A DNA stretch of 64,000 bases. Origin: an uncultured Bacillota bacterium. Its GTDB lineage: Bacteria > Bacillota > DTU025 > MWDF01. Below, in pieces: positions 49,660 through 58,906 of the stretch. The notes under the pieces were generated by a model that saw only the letters and a list, made by a program, of their open reading frames with translations, ran no database searches and was not told where the DNA came from. The stretch spans positions 22,831 through 86,830 of the forward strand of contig CAWGMK010000007.1 in the NCBI GenBank assembly GCA_963823655.1. The letters are read 5' to 3'. The position numbers and the translations under genes were made by a program. Numbering within the stretch: the first letter of the stretch is position 1; every line of letters begins with the position of its first letter.

Positions 49660-50619
49660 CTAATGCCTGAGTCTCCTGAAATCGTAGAAACTGTCTAATA
49701 CCCCTGCGTATGGCAGCAGCCCCGAGAAGAACGGGGTGACGTAGATGAAAACGCAAGCCACAAAGCGCAGGAACTTGGGCACATTGTTCTTCCTCATGTA
49801 GAACCAGACGAGAGACATCGCATGGACCATGTAAAGGAGCATGGAGCCCGTAAATAGGTTGTCGCCTATGGTAACGATTATCGGCACCTTAAGGTAATTG
49901 CCCAAAAGAGGCAGCGCGAGGCCCATTATGGGGGCCCAGACGAGCACGATAGGCATGGCCCAGGTCTCAAACGCGTCTATGGGCTGCACTTTCGTCTTCA
50001 TGCGAAGCAGCACTGCCCTGACTATGGCATAAGCTGCAAGGGCGAACAGCAGGCCGGAGAGAATGAGGAAGGCCGGTAGAAGCTGCTTGAGGACCACCGC
50101 GGTCTTGGCCGCCATCTCCTCCAGCTGGCTCATTACTTCCGGGGTGGCGCCGAGCTTCTCATAGATGCCCTTGGACACCTCCACGGAATCCGCCATTGCC
50201 TGGTGTATCTCATCCCATGCCTTCTGAGGCGAAATCCCCATGGCGAGGGCGCCCAGCAGGAAATCTACGACGGTGGTCACGGCTATCACAAGTCCCGTTA
50301 TTATGGTCGACTTGGCCCACCCAAGGCCCTTCTTCATGCAAAGACCGAGCACTATGCCGGGAAGCCCTACTATGGCAAGGCAGATCAGCCCGTCCAGCGG
50401 GCCCATGATAAGGCCGGTTCCAAGAGCCGCCACTATCGAGGCCATGATCCCAGCCCTTGCCCCATGCCTTTGGGTTATTAGCGCGGCCGGGACAGGATAC
50501 GCCACTGTCAGCAGCATCTGGGTCGCAGGACCGAGTATGTACATTACTACGGCCACCGCCGCGAATACCGCGCCTTCTACAACGGCCCTCGTGCTCATGA
50601 CCCTCTCATTTTCCCTCAT
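49660..50619 (-). CDS. YybS-like (DUF2232) polytopic membrane protein
   Basis: 319 aa membrane protein located between rpsR and rplI, the same position YybS occupies in Bacillus. Confidence 0.55.
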   Translation of the reverse strand: MRENERVMSTRAVVEGAVFAAVAVVMYILGPATQMLLTVAYPVPAALITQRHGARAGIMASIVAALGTGLIMGPLDGLICLAIVGLPGIVLGLCMKKGLGWAKSTIITGLVIAVTTVVDFLLGALAMGISPQKAWDEIHQAMADSVEVSKGIYEKLGATPEVMSQLEEMAAKTAVVLKQLLPAFLILSGLLFALAAYAIVRAVLLRMKTKVQPIDAFETWAMPIVLVWAPIMGLALPLLGNYLKVPIIVTIGDNLFTGSMLLYMVHAMSLVWFYMRKNNVPKFLRFVACVFIYVTPFFSGLLPYAGVLDSFYDFRRLRH

Positions 50620-50749
50620 CAGCTACCTCGCTCATCCCCGGGCCGCCGGCTTTTTAAAGCAAGCTTTGCCCGATTTCGATGCGCACAATTAAACATACGG
50701 GACTCCCCGGGATACCCGGAGAGTCCCGACGATAGATACCCTCTTCGCC

Positions 50750-50989
50750 TTATTCCGCGGTGAATGGCAGCAGGGCGATATGCCTGGACCTCTTGATCGC
50801 CTCGGTTACCTGGCGCTGATGCTTTGCGCAGCAGCCGCTTATCCTGCGGGGCATTATCTTGCCGCGCTCGTTTATGTACCTGCGCAGCTTTCCTAGATCC
50901 TTGTAATCTATATCGGTGGCGTGGTCCACACAGAACGTACATACGCGCCTGCGGGCCTTGCGGCCACCCTTCTCACGTTTGATCATCAT
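50750..50989 (-). CDS. rpsR: 30S ribosomal protein S18
   Basis: ...[48 protein letters not shown]. Confidence 0.9.
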   Translation of the reverse strand: MMIKREKGGRKARRRVCTFCVDHATDIDYKDLGKLRRYINERGKIMPRRISGCCAKHQRQVTEAIKRSRHIALLPFTAE

Positions 50990-51026
50990 TTGACAACAGT
51001 CCTCCTAAATTGGTCTTGCATAGATA

Positions 51027-51455
51027 TCAGAACGGCGGCTCGTCTGCGAGTTCCTCCACTGCGAAATCGTCTTGTATCTCGTCCGAAGTCCCGCCTTCGT
51101 GAGGCTGCTGTGGACGCGGTGCAGCGCTTTCGCCCCTTCTGGGCTCAAGGAACATCACTCTGCCGGCAACTACTTCCCAGGCTCTGCGCTTCTGGCCTTC
51201 CTGGGTCTCGTAGGAGCGCACCTGCAGCCTTCCCTCGACTGCCGTCATGTGCCCCTTCTTGACGTAATTGCTTACGTTTTCCGCCTGCTTGTCCCAGACG
51301 ACTATGTCTATGAAGTCAGCCTGGTTCTTGCCGCTTTGGTCCTTAACGCCCCTGTCCACTGCGAGCGTGAACTTCGCGACCGCCTTACCGCTCTGCGTGT
51401 AGCTTAGCACCGGGTCCTGAGTCAGTCTTCCGATAAGTATGACCCTGTTTAACAT
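51027..51455 (-). CDS. ssb: single-stranded DNA-binding protein
   Basis: MLNRVILIGRLTQDPVL...OB-fold, with an acidic C-terminal tail ending DDFAVEELADEPPF. Confidence 0.9.
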   Translation of the reverse strand: MLNRVILIGRLTQDPVLSYTQSGKAVAKFTLAVDRGVKDQSGKNQADFIDIVVWDKQAENVSNYVKKGHMTAVEGRLQVRSYETQEGQKRRAWEVVAGRVMFLEPRRGESAAPRPQQPHEGGTSDEIQDDFAVEELADEPPF

Positions 51456-51500
51456 CTACGACACCACCTTGCTGGTATTCGGTCCGGGCAAAAGGTCCTA

Positions 51501-51788
51501 TTAGTCGTCTTTTCTGACGATTAGATGGCGGATTACGCCGTCTGTGATCTTGAAGACGCGATCGAGCTCGGCGGCGAGCGTAGGCTCGGCGTCGAAATAG
51601 AGGATTGTGTAATAACCCTCCATATTACCGTCGATCTCGTACGCCAGTCTGCGCCTACCCATACGGTCTGTCTTGGTCACCACGCCGCCGTTGTTGACGA
51701 TCAATTGATCGAACTTGGCGATGGTGGCCTCGGTCTTCTCCTCGTCGAACAGAGGGGAAATTATGAACATGCATTCATAGGCTCTCAC
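51501..51788 (-). CDS. rpsF: 30S ribosomal protein S6
   Basis: MRAYECMFIISP...LAYEIDG...GYY. Confidence 0.9.
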   Translation of the reverse strand: MRAYECMFIISPLFDEEKTEATIAKFDQLIVNNGGVVTKTDRMGRRRLAYEIDGNMEGYYTILYFDAEPTLAAELDRVFKITDGVIRHLIVRKDD

Positions 51789-51972
51789 TGACTATACACC
51801 TCCCTTCGGACAAATGGCCCCGCAACAAGTGCGGAGCAGGGCAACATATAGTTTAACATCTAGGGTGTCTATTGGCAAACCACAAAAACATGCCTGCATA
51901 ATTGGCATATTTGACTCTTTGTACGCGGGCCTTTGGTGGAATTATCCGGTCTGTTAGAGCTCAATTGACGAA

Positions 51973-52503
51973 CTACAATTTCTCGGCAGATTTGTATATG
52001 CTTTCGATCTCTTTCCTGTCCATGGCCCTGTTTATAAGAAAAGCGATTGCGAAAATGCCGACGAAACTTAATCCCAGCCGCGTTAGGGTGAATTTCGTTC
52101 CCATCGAGGCTAGCTCGAAAAGCAGCATGGGTATCTTCGTAGTGGACCATGCGCCCATGAAGATGAGGACGTTCGAGAATTTCACGCCTTTGCGCATGAA
52201 TACTGCCGCTATCGGAAATGCAGCGTACAGTGGACCTGCTGCGGCGGAACCCAGTATTATGGCAAGAACTACGCCGAGCAACCCCGACTTCTCACCCATG
52301 AACTTGATCATGGTCTCCCTGGGCACCCAAACGTCGAGCAGGCCAAGCAAAACGAAGATGGGCGGCAGGACCTGAAGCATCTCCTTTAGGGAAAATAGGG
52401 TCGTGTCCACAGCCTTCACGCCTGCCGGCTTATCTATTAGATACAGAAGCCCGGTCGCCAGGATCATGATGATTAGGAACATGTACCTCTTAAGCTGTTT
52501 CAT
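51973..52503 (-). CDS. permease subunit (DUF318/ArsP-like fold, no CxC), second of two adjacent half-size genes
   Basis: 176 aa, 4-5 TM helices. Start overlaps the stop of the upstream 166 aa paralogue (ATGA). Confidence 0.5.
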   Translation of the reverse strand: MKQLKRYMFLIIMILATGLLYLIDKPAGVKAVDTTLFSLKEMLQVLPPIFVLLGLLDVWVPRETMIKFMGEKSGLLGVVLAIILGSAAAGPLYAAFPIAAVFMRKGVKFSNVLIFMGAWSTTKIPMLLFELASMGTKFTLTRLGLSFVGIFAIAFLINRAMDRKEIESIYKSAEKL

Positions 52504-53000
52504 ACTCTTCCCACCACCTTCCCTATTACGAAGGCGACAAAGAAAGAGAAGACGAATGCCAGGAGGTTTCTCATCAGGGCGGCCTTCCTGCCGAAGTACC
52601 TGATCTCAAGCGGAAGGGTGACGACGCCTACCATCATAAGTGATGAAATGAAGGCACCTATCTGCATGTAACCGGCTCCACCCTGAAGGAGCATGGAAGA
52701 CAAAGGGAATGCTATGAAGCCGGGTATCAGGGTTATCGCGCCGACCAAAGATGCGAGAAGCACCCCGAGCCAGCCCGAGGAGCCTCCGATTATCTTGCTT
52801 ATGATCTGCGGGTTCAGGATTGCCAGCACTATGCCTATGAGCACGAATATGCCCAAAAACTGCGGCATGATGTTCTCAAAAGATTTCCAGGCCTTCATCA
52901 GCGCCTTCTTGGTTTTCTGGCGGTCTTTCAAGAAAGATGCCAGGACCAGGGCTATGGCCACTGAATAGAGTATGATGTTCTGCATATCGGGCCCTTTCAA
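52500..53000 (-). CDS. permease subunit (DUF318/ArsP-like fold), first of two adjacent half-size genes
   Basis: 166 aa, 4-5 TM helices. Paralogous to the downstream gene and to the full-length 338 aa permease at 55938-56954. Confidence 0.5.
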   Translation of the reverse strand: MKGPDMQNIILYSVAIALVLASFLKDRQKTKKALMKAWKSFENIMPQFLGIFVLIGIVLAILNPQIISKIIGGSSGWLGVLLASLVGAITLIPGFIAFPLSSMLLQGGAGYMQIGAFISSLMMVGVVTLPLEIRYFGRKAALMRNLLAFVFSFFVAFVIGKVVGRV

Positions 53001-53056
53001 AGCGAAGATTTTGCTTCGACGTACCGCCGTCGTATTACTCGATATTACCTGAGTTC

Positions 53057-53503
53057 CTATAAAGCCGCCAGGTTTTCGGGCATGCCCTCTACGAAATGCC
53101 TTATCTCGTCCCTCACCCTGCGGTAGTGGACAAGCTCTTCTTCAAGGGTTTTGGCGCCCTTGGCAAGCTGCGGCGGATCATCGAACCCTTTGTGCAGCAC
53201 TTTTGCCTTGCCCGGGAAGAACGGGCAGTTCTCGTTGGCATGTCCGCAAAGAGTAATGACGTAATCGAATTCCATAGTCGGCAGCTCGGAAACTATTTTT
53301 GAGCGTTGGGCGGATATGTCCACCCCCGCCTCCTTCATGACAGCAACCGCTCTTGTGTTAAGGCCGTGCTTTTCTATGCCGGCCGAATACGCCTCGATTG
53401 ACGCTGTCTTAAGTGCCCTGGCCCACCCTTCCGCCATCTGGCTCCTGCACGAATTTCCGGTGCAGAGGAAGAGTATCCTGGTCTTTGAGGTTTGCTCTTT
53501 CAT
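53057..53503 (-). CDS. arsC: arsenate reductase, LMW-PTP/thioredoxin-coupled type
   Basis: ILFLCTGNSCRSQMAEGWA is the catalytic CX5R P-loop. Downstream Cys residues are present. Confidence 0.85.
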   Translation of the reverse strand: MKEQTSKTRILFLCTGNSCRSQMAEGWARALKTASIEAYSAGIEKHGLNTRAVAVMKEAGVDISAQRSKIVSELPTMEFDYVITLCGHANENCPFFPGKAKVLHKGFDDPPQLAKGAKTLEEELVHYRRVRDEIRHFVEGMPENLAAL

Positions 53504-53548
53504 CTGTCAACGAGCTCCTTTTCCATGATCGAACCCATAAACATTGCT

Positions 53549-54607
53549 TTACTTGGCCTTGGCAGGAAACCATCCCTTTGTTGCGTTGGCGATCTTCACT
53601 AATGTAAGCATCACCGGCACTTCCACAAGCACACCAACGACAGTGGCGACGGTGGCTCCGGAGCGAAGCCCGAAAAGGGATATGGCGACCGCAACAGACA
53701 GCTCGAAGAAGTTGGACGCGCCTATCATGCCGGCAGGGGCCGCTACGTCATGCGGCAGCCTCCATGCTTTGGCCCACAGATAAGCGATGAAGAATATCAA
53801 AAACGTCTGGATTATTAGAGGCACTGCGATCAGGAGTATGTTGAGGGGATTCTCCACGATGATCCTGCCCTGGAACGAGAATATTATGACCAGGGTAAGC
53901 AGGAGCCCCGATATAGTCACATTGCCGAATTTCGGGATGAACTGCTTCTCAAAGTAGTCGAGCCCCTTCCTGCTAGTTATCATGCTCCTGGATAACCAGC
54001 CTGCGCCCAGGGGAATGACTACGAAGAGCACGACTGACAGGAAGAGAGTCGCCCAGGGGATAGCTATGTCGCTGATGCCAAGAAGCAAACCGACGATCGG
54101 AACGAAGGCTACCAGTATTATCAAGTCGTTGGTGGCAACTTGAATCAGCGTGTATGCAGGGTCCCCTTTTGTTAGGTGGCTCCATACGAAAACCATGGCG
54201 GTACAAGGGGCGGCTCCCAGGAGCACAGCGCCCGCAAGATATTCTTTGGCCAGTTCAGCTGGTATTAGGCCTTTGAATATTACGTAGAAGAAGAGCAATG
54301 CAATGCCGTACATCGTAAACGGCTTGATAAGCCAGTTGGTGACCCAGGTGATTATTAGCCCCCTTGGGTTCTCCCCCACCTTCTTGATGCTCTGGAAGTC
54401 CACTTTAAGCATCATGGGATAGATCATGAGCCAAATGAGTATTGCCACAGGGATGGATACGTTTGCATATTCGAATTTGCTCAAGAATTCCGGGACTTTA
54501 GGCAGGTAGACTCCTATTGCGACTCCCGCTGCCATGCAAAGCGCCACCCATACAGTAAGGTACTTCTCGAAGAAACCTATGCCGGATTTCCCTTCAACTT
54601 TTCCCAT
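53549..54607 (-). CDS. acr3: ACR3-family arsenite efflux permease
   Basis: 352 aa. N-terminus FFEKYLTVWVALCMAAGVAIGVYLP, 10 TM helices. Confidence 0.85.
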   Translation of the reverse strand: MGKVEGKSGIGFFEKYLTVWVALCMAAGVAIGVYLPKVPEFLSKFEYANVSIPVAILIWLMIYPMMLKVDFQSIKKVGENPRGLIITWVTNWLIKPFTMYGIALLFFYVIFKGLIPAELAKEYLAGAVLLGAAPCTAMVFVWSHLTKGDPAYTLIQVATNDLIILVAFVPIVGLLLGISDIAIPWATLFLSVVLFVVIPLGAGWLSRSMITSRKGLDYFEKQFIPKFGNVTISGLLLTLVIIFSFQGRIIVENPLNILLIAVPLIIQTFLIFFIAYLWAKAWRLPHDVAAPAGMIGASNFFELSVAVAISLFGLRSGATVATVVGVLVEVPVMLTLVKIANATKGWFPAKAK

Positions 54608-54664
54608 GCCCTATCCGCCTTTCGGATTGCCGCGGCATGTAGCCGCGACATGTTTTGTGCTTTG

Positions 54665-54907
54665 CTACTTTGCTTGCCTTTCCAGGATTTTTACGACCTC
54701 GGCAGGTTTGAGAACTTTGCCGAACGATACCACTTTTTCATCGATAACCATCGCCGGTGTGGACATCACCCCATAGGAGATTATCTGCTGGATATCGGTC
54801 ACTTTCTGGACTTCAGCGACAAGGCCCATTTCATCCAGGGCGGTCTTCACGTTATCTGCCAGCACCATGCAATTTTTACAGCCGGAACCGAGTACTTTTA
54901 TTACCAT
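54665..54907 (-). CDS. small thioredoxin-fold protein (redox-active disulfide protein 2 type)
   Basis: 80 aa, CxxC in VLGSGCKNC. Confidence 0.65.
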   Translation of the reverse strand: MVIKVLGSGCKNCMVLADNVKTALDEMGLVAEVQKVTDIQQIISYGVMSTPAMVIDEKVVSFGKVLKPAEVVKILERQAK

Positions 54908-55036
54908 TTGATTATGCCCCTTTCGATTCTCAGAATTTGGCAGCGGCTCATTGCTGCAAACAGTGTCAATTTATATGTCTCGCTGTTACAGGCCTTGCCG
55001 GATCAGTTGCAGCAATCCCCGGATTTCCCGCCGCAA

Positions 55037-55267
55037 TCACATGAGCAGGGCACGGAATTCGTCGCTCTTATCTCCTACATAGGAAATCGCCCCGACAGGG
55101 CATAGCTTTTGGCACCCATGGCAGCCTTGCACGCACCCGTCTGGAAATATCACTACTGGCACAGGTGCTTTTGCCACGTCATATACTTTGTGCCGGCAGA
55201 AGCTTGTACATGTACCGCACTCTGTGCAAAGCGAATAGTCTATTACCGGATACCATGTTTTTGACAT
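55037..55267 (-). CDS. 2x[4Fe-4S] ferredoxin-like protein
   Basis: CTECGTCTSFC and CVQGCHGCQKLCP cysteine clusters. Confidence 0.6.
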   Translation of the reverse strand: MSKTWYPVIDYSLCTECGTCTSFCRHKVYDVAKAPVPVVIFPDGCVQGCHGCQKLCPVGAISYVGDKSDEFRALLM

Positions 55268-55311
55268 CGCTGTTTCCTCCTCAGCAAAATTCTCGAGCCT
55301 TTTACGAAAAG

Positions 55312-55908
55312 TTATGGATTTACGCCCATTTCTTTGAGCACAGAAAGAAGCTGACTTTTAGTCATTCCTCCTTCATGTCTTGTGAATAGATGTTCACCGG
55401 TGGCCTTGTTGGAATAGTAGCTCATCATATATGCGACAGGATCGGCTGGCACGAATGGTTTGCCATCGCTGCCTATGAACACTTGTGTAGGTATAAGCCT
55501 TATCGGGAATCCCTTATACAATGATGAATACTTCAAAACATCTACGAATTTTATGATCGCCTTACCGCGAAGTGTCTCGTTAAGCTCTTTCAGCACCGGC
55601 GCCATGTCTTTGCATGCGGTACATGAATCCGAGCCAAAATCTATGATTATGGGCAGTCCATATGACTTCAGTTTCTGCAGGTCGATTGGATTGGTTACGA
55701 TCAAATCGAAATCGGGGTTGCTTTTTGGAGCCGCGTTCTCCATTTCATTTAACCCGGCTAAGCTTCCAAGGTTAATAGTCAGTACAAATCCAACTATTAT
55801 AAGCGCCATTATCGATATGATGCTGGCTCTTATGCCGCGACTTTTTTTCATAGCGTCCTCCTTAATACCGGGACAAATATCGATTTTCTGTACATCGCTT
55901 TGCGCCAA
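55312..55908 (-). CDS. membrane-anchored TlpA/ResA-like thiol:disulfide oxidoreductase
   Basis: N-terminal TM helix. IIDFGSDSCTACKDMAPVLKEL is a thioredoxin-fold CxxC. Confidence 0.7.
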   Translation of the reverse strand: MAQSDVQKIDICPGIKEDAMKKSRGIRASIISIMALIIVGFVLTINLGSLAGLNEMENAAPKSNPDFDLIVTNPIDLQKLKSYGLPIIIDFGSDSCTACKDMAPVLKELNETLRGKAIIKFVDVLKYSSLYKGFPIRLIPTQVFIGSDGKPFVPADPVAYMMSYYSNKATGEHLFTRHEGGMTKSQLLSVLKEMGVNP

Positions 55909-55937
55909 CCGCTTACGATCGTCTTTTCAACCTATCC

Positions 55938-56954
55938 CTATACAATCAGAAGATATGCAAATGCATTGAACAGATAGCCAATTATGATTATCCCCAGCGT
56001 CACTATGCCCACGAAGAAGGCCAACAGCTGTATCTTCACGACTTTCTTAAGCATTATCATCGAAGGTAGCGACAGCGCGGTTACGCCCATCATGAATGAA
56101 AGCGCAGTCCCCAGCCCCACGTTGTTCATAACAAGCGCTTCGGCAATAGGAAGGGTCCCGAAGATATCAGCATACATCGGTACCCCGATCAGCGTGGCCA
56201 GCGGCACGGAATACCACTTGTCCATTCCTAGAAGGGCATTAATTATGTTTTGAGGTATCCAGTTATGAATAGCGGCCCCTATGCTAACACCGATCAATAT
56301 GTAGAGCCAGACCCTTTTTACTATGTCGACAACCTGCTTTAGGGAGAAGTCGATCCTGTCTTTTGTCGTAAGCTCCTCCTGGTCCACATCAAGCACCTTG
56401 TTTCCCATAACGAAGGGCTCGACGTACCTTTCAAGCTTCAGCTTGCTTATCAATGTGCCGCCGATTACGGCCAATACCACACCTACGAACACATAGGCTA
56501 GCGCGATCTTCCAGTTGAAAATGCTCGCAAGCAGCAGAACGGATGCGAGGTCCACAAGGGGGGATGAAATAAGAAACGAGAAAGTCACGCCTATCGGCAG
56601 ACCGGCGCTGGTAAAGCCTATGAATAAGGGTATAGAAGAGCACGAGCAGAATGGCGTCACTGTGCCCAGTAAAGCGCCTACGATGTTGGCCGATACCCCC
56701 TTGAACCTGCCCAGGATCTTCCTGGTCCTCTCAGGAGGGAAGAAGCTCTGGATGTAGGAGATTGCGAAGATCAAAAGGGACAGCAGTATGAATATCTTGA
56801 TCGAATCGTAGATGAAGAAGTGAACGCTTGCGCCCACCTTGCCCTCTAAATCAAGCCCAAAAACCCTTTCGACTAAGGAGCCAATGAGCGATTTAAGCCA
56901 ATCCATCCTGAGCATCTGATTATTGAGCCAACTTAGTACCGCCACTAAAAACAC
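55938..56954 (-). CDS. ArsP-like permease (DUF318 family) with TPFCSCS motif
   Basis: 338 aa, about 8 TM helices. GTVTPFCSCSSIPLF is the vicinal-Cys motif characteristic of ArsP-type permeases. Confidence 0.6.
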   Translation of the reverse strand: MFLVAVLSWLNNQMLRMDWLKSLIGSLVERVFGLDLEGKVGASVHFFIYDSIKIFILLSLLIFAISYIQSFFPPERTRKILGRFKGVSANIVGALLGTVTPFCSCSSIPLFIGFTSAGLPIGVTFSFLISSPLVDLASVLLLASIFNWKIALAYVFVGVVLAVIGGTLISKLKLERYVEPFVMGNKVLDVDQEELTTKDRIDFSLKQVVDIVKRVWLYILIGVSIGAAIHNWIPQNIINALLGMDKWYSVPLATLIGVPMYADIFGTLPIAEALVMNNVGLGTALSFMMGVTALSLPSMIMLKKVVKIQLLAFFVGIVTLGIIIIGYLFNAFAYLLIV

Positions 56955-56956
56955 CC

Positions 56957-57304
56957 CTAACAGCTTTTATCTTCGTTTTGTATTGCTTCTTCCTTCATGA
57001 GGGATCCTAAGAAGTCCTCAATCAAGCCCAGCTTCTTCCGGTCCAGCGTATACTTCATCCAGACGCCTTCCCTCCGGCTGATGACAAGGCCGCTGCTTTT
57101 AAGGGTTTTCATATGGTGTGAAAGGGTTGGCTGAGTGATTTTGAACTCCTCGAGTATCTTGCATGCGCAAAGCTCCCCCTTGGTGAGCATGACCAATATC
57201 CTAAGCCTGGTCTCGTCAGCAAGGACCTTCATAAGGTAAGCATATTCCGCATATTCGTACTTCAAATCCGATACCGCCTTTTCTATTTGGTTATAGACCG
57301 TCAT
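56957..57304 (-). CDS. arsR: ArsR/SmtB family metalloregulator
   Basis: LADETRLRILVMLTKGELCACKILEEFKITQPTLSHHMKTLKSSGLV is the winged-HTH, with ELCAC metalloid-binding Cys. Confidence 0.85.
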   Translation of the reverse strand: MTVYNQIEKAVSDLKYEYAEYAYLMKVLADETRLRILVMLTKGELCACKILEEFKITQPTLSHHMKTLKSSGLVISRREGVWMKYTLDRKKLGLIEDFLGSLMKEEAIQNEDKSC

Positions 57305-57308
57305 CTAT

Positions 57309-57342
57309 ATTATATACGGGTATAGACGCCCGTCAATATATC
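57309..57342. promoter_or_regulatory. imperfect inverted repeat upstream of arsR; candidate ArsR operator in the divergent promoter region
   Basis: TATATACGGGTATAGACGCCCGTCAATATAT: ATATAnCGGG ... CCCGnnnATATAT arms. Confidence 0.3.
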
Positions 57343-57670
57343 CCTGTTAAAGTCCAACTTATGGAAATTACCTCAAAGGCTCTTAACGCTCTTTGCTTCG
57401 GCCTCTAAAGAATATTTGTGACAATTGTCCGTATTCATATACAGGTATCCGCAAAACACTTAGAATAATGACTAAACAATTCGATTCAGCACCGCAAGCG
57501 TTCATGGCGATCCCGGAAATCGGGCCGGATATGCCTCTGTTATCATATAGATACAATTGCATACTCCCTGCATTAGAGCAGTATGTTTTGCAGGCCTCAA
57601 TTTACAATTGTGAAATGCTGAATTAATATGTCTTTATTGGAACAAGCAAAACAAGAAAGGAGAGGAATTT

Positions 57671-58906
57671 ATGTTTTCCAGGAAGGTGTTAATCGCCGTA
57701 TTCATCCTGGCAGCCGTGCTCGCACTGGGCGCTTTCGCCCTGCAGACCGGCGCCGATGATACCAACAGCTGCGTGGACTGCCACACCAACCCCGCCGTGA
57801 TGAAGGCAATGGTTGTGGTGCCCAAGCTGGGCGGCGAAGCAGGCGAAGGCTGAGCGGGCCCCCCTCCCCCGGTCAGGGCGGAAGATTACTATTTGGGGTT
57901 CGTAGTCAGCAAGACTGCATTGGAAGAGGACGTCCACATGATGATGATGGCCTGCGCCGATTGCCATTCGGGCAATCCCGAAGCGAAGGCTAAAGCAGAT
58001 GCCCATACTGGCTTAGTCAAGAGACCCTCAGACAATATCGAAACATGCGCAGGCTGCCATTCGGATCAAGCCGCGCATTATGAGACCTCCCTCCATTACA
58101 CAACTGCAGGCTTCAGAAACGGGGTCATGGAGAGATTCAGCGCGGAAGAGCTCGCAAAATATGACGAGAAGGTATTCGAGCAGAGCTGCCGCAGCTGCCA
58201 CGCCGCTTGTGGCGATTGCCACGTAAAATCTCCTATAGTCTCGGGTGTTAACCTGGGCCTGATCAATGGGCATGACTTCGTAAAGAAGGACGAGGCCAAG
58301 ACCTGCGCCCTCTGCCACGGCGGAAGGGTGTTTACGGAGTTCACAGGCGAATACGGCGGAACGCCGGATATCCACTATCAGAAGGGCATGCTTTGTGCAG
58401 ACTGCCACACGGCTGATGAGATGCACGGGGACGGGACCGCGTATGACAGCCGCAGGGACGTGGCAAACAGGCCGCAGTGCGTAAATTGCCATCCGCTTGC
58501 TGCCAGCAGCGCGAACTCCAAAGACGCCCACGAAGCGCATCAGTCGTCGCTTTCATGCACGGCCTGCCACACTTCGGCCGAATACAGGAATTGCAAGAGC
58601 TGCCATGTAGGAGAAGGGGCTACTTCATTCCCCGCGCTCGTCCTCGGTAAAAACCCCAGGAACCCAGAGCAGGTGACAACGCTGAGGCTTGTCCCCACAG
58701 TGCGCTCGACATTCGAGAAGGCGGGCATAGAGCAGGTCAATTTCGACACTCTCCCCAATTGGTGGGACACTGTGCCACATATGACGAAGAAGCGCACGGA
58801 CCGCACGAAGGACTGCGCCGTATGCCATTCGGAAGGCACTTATTACATAACCAAGGACATGTTCCCGGAGGACGGCTCAAAGGCCAATGAGGGCCTTCTG
58901 CATTAA
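57671..58906 (+). CDS. periplasmic multiheme c-type cytochrome (at least 10 CxxCH), split by a frameshift in a G/C homopolymer at about 57853-57893
   Basis: The 60 aa ORF carries the signal peptide and the first heme site CVDCH. The 337 aa ORF carries CADCH, CAGCH, CRSCH, CGDCH, CALCH, CADCH, CVNCH, CTACH, CKSCH and CAVCH. The junction sequence is GGGCCCCCCTCCCCCGG. Confidence 0.7.

Noticed and set aside
57393-57626. 77 aa ORF in the arsR-cytochrome divergent intergenic region
   Set aside because: No RBS, and it overlaps the expected divergent promoter/operator region. The composition is atypical, so it is likely spurious.
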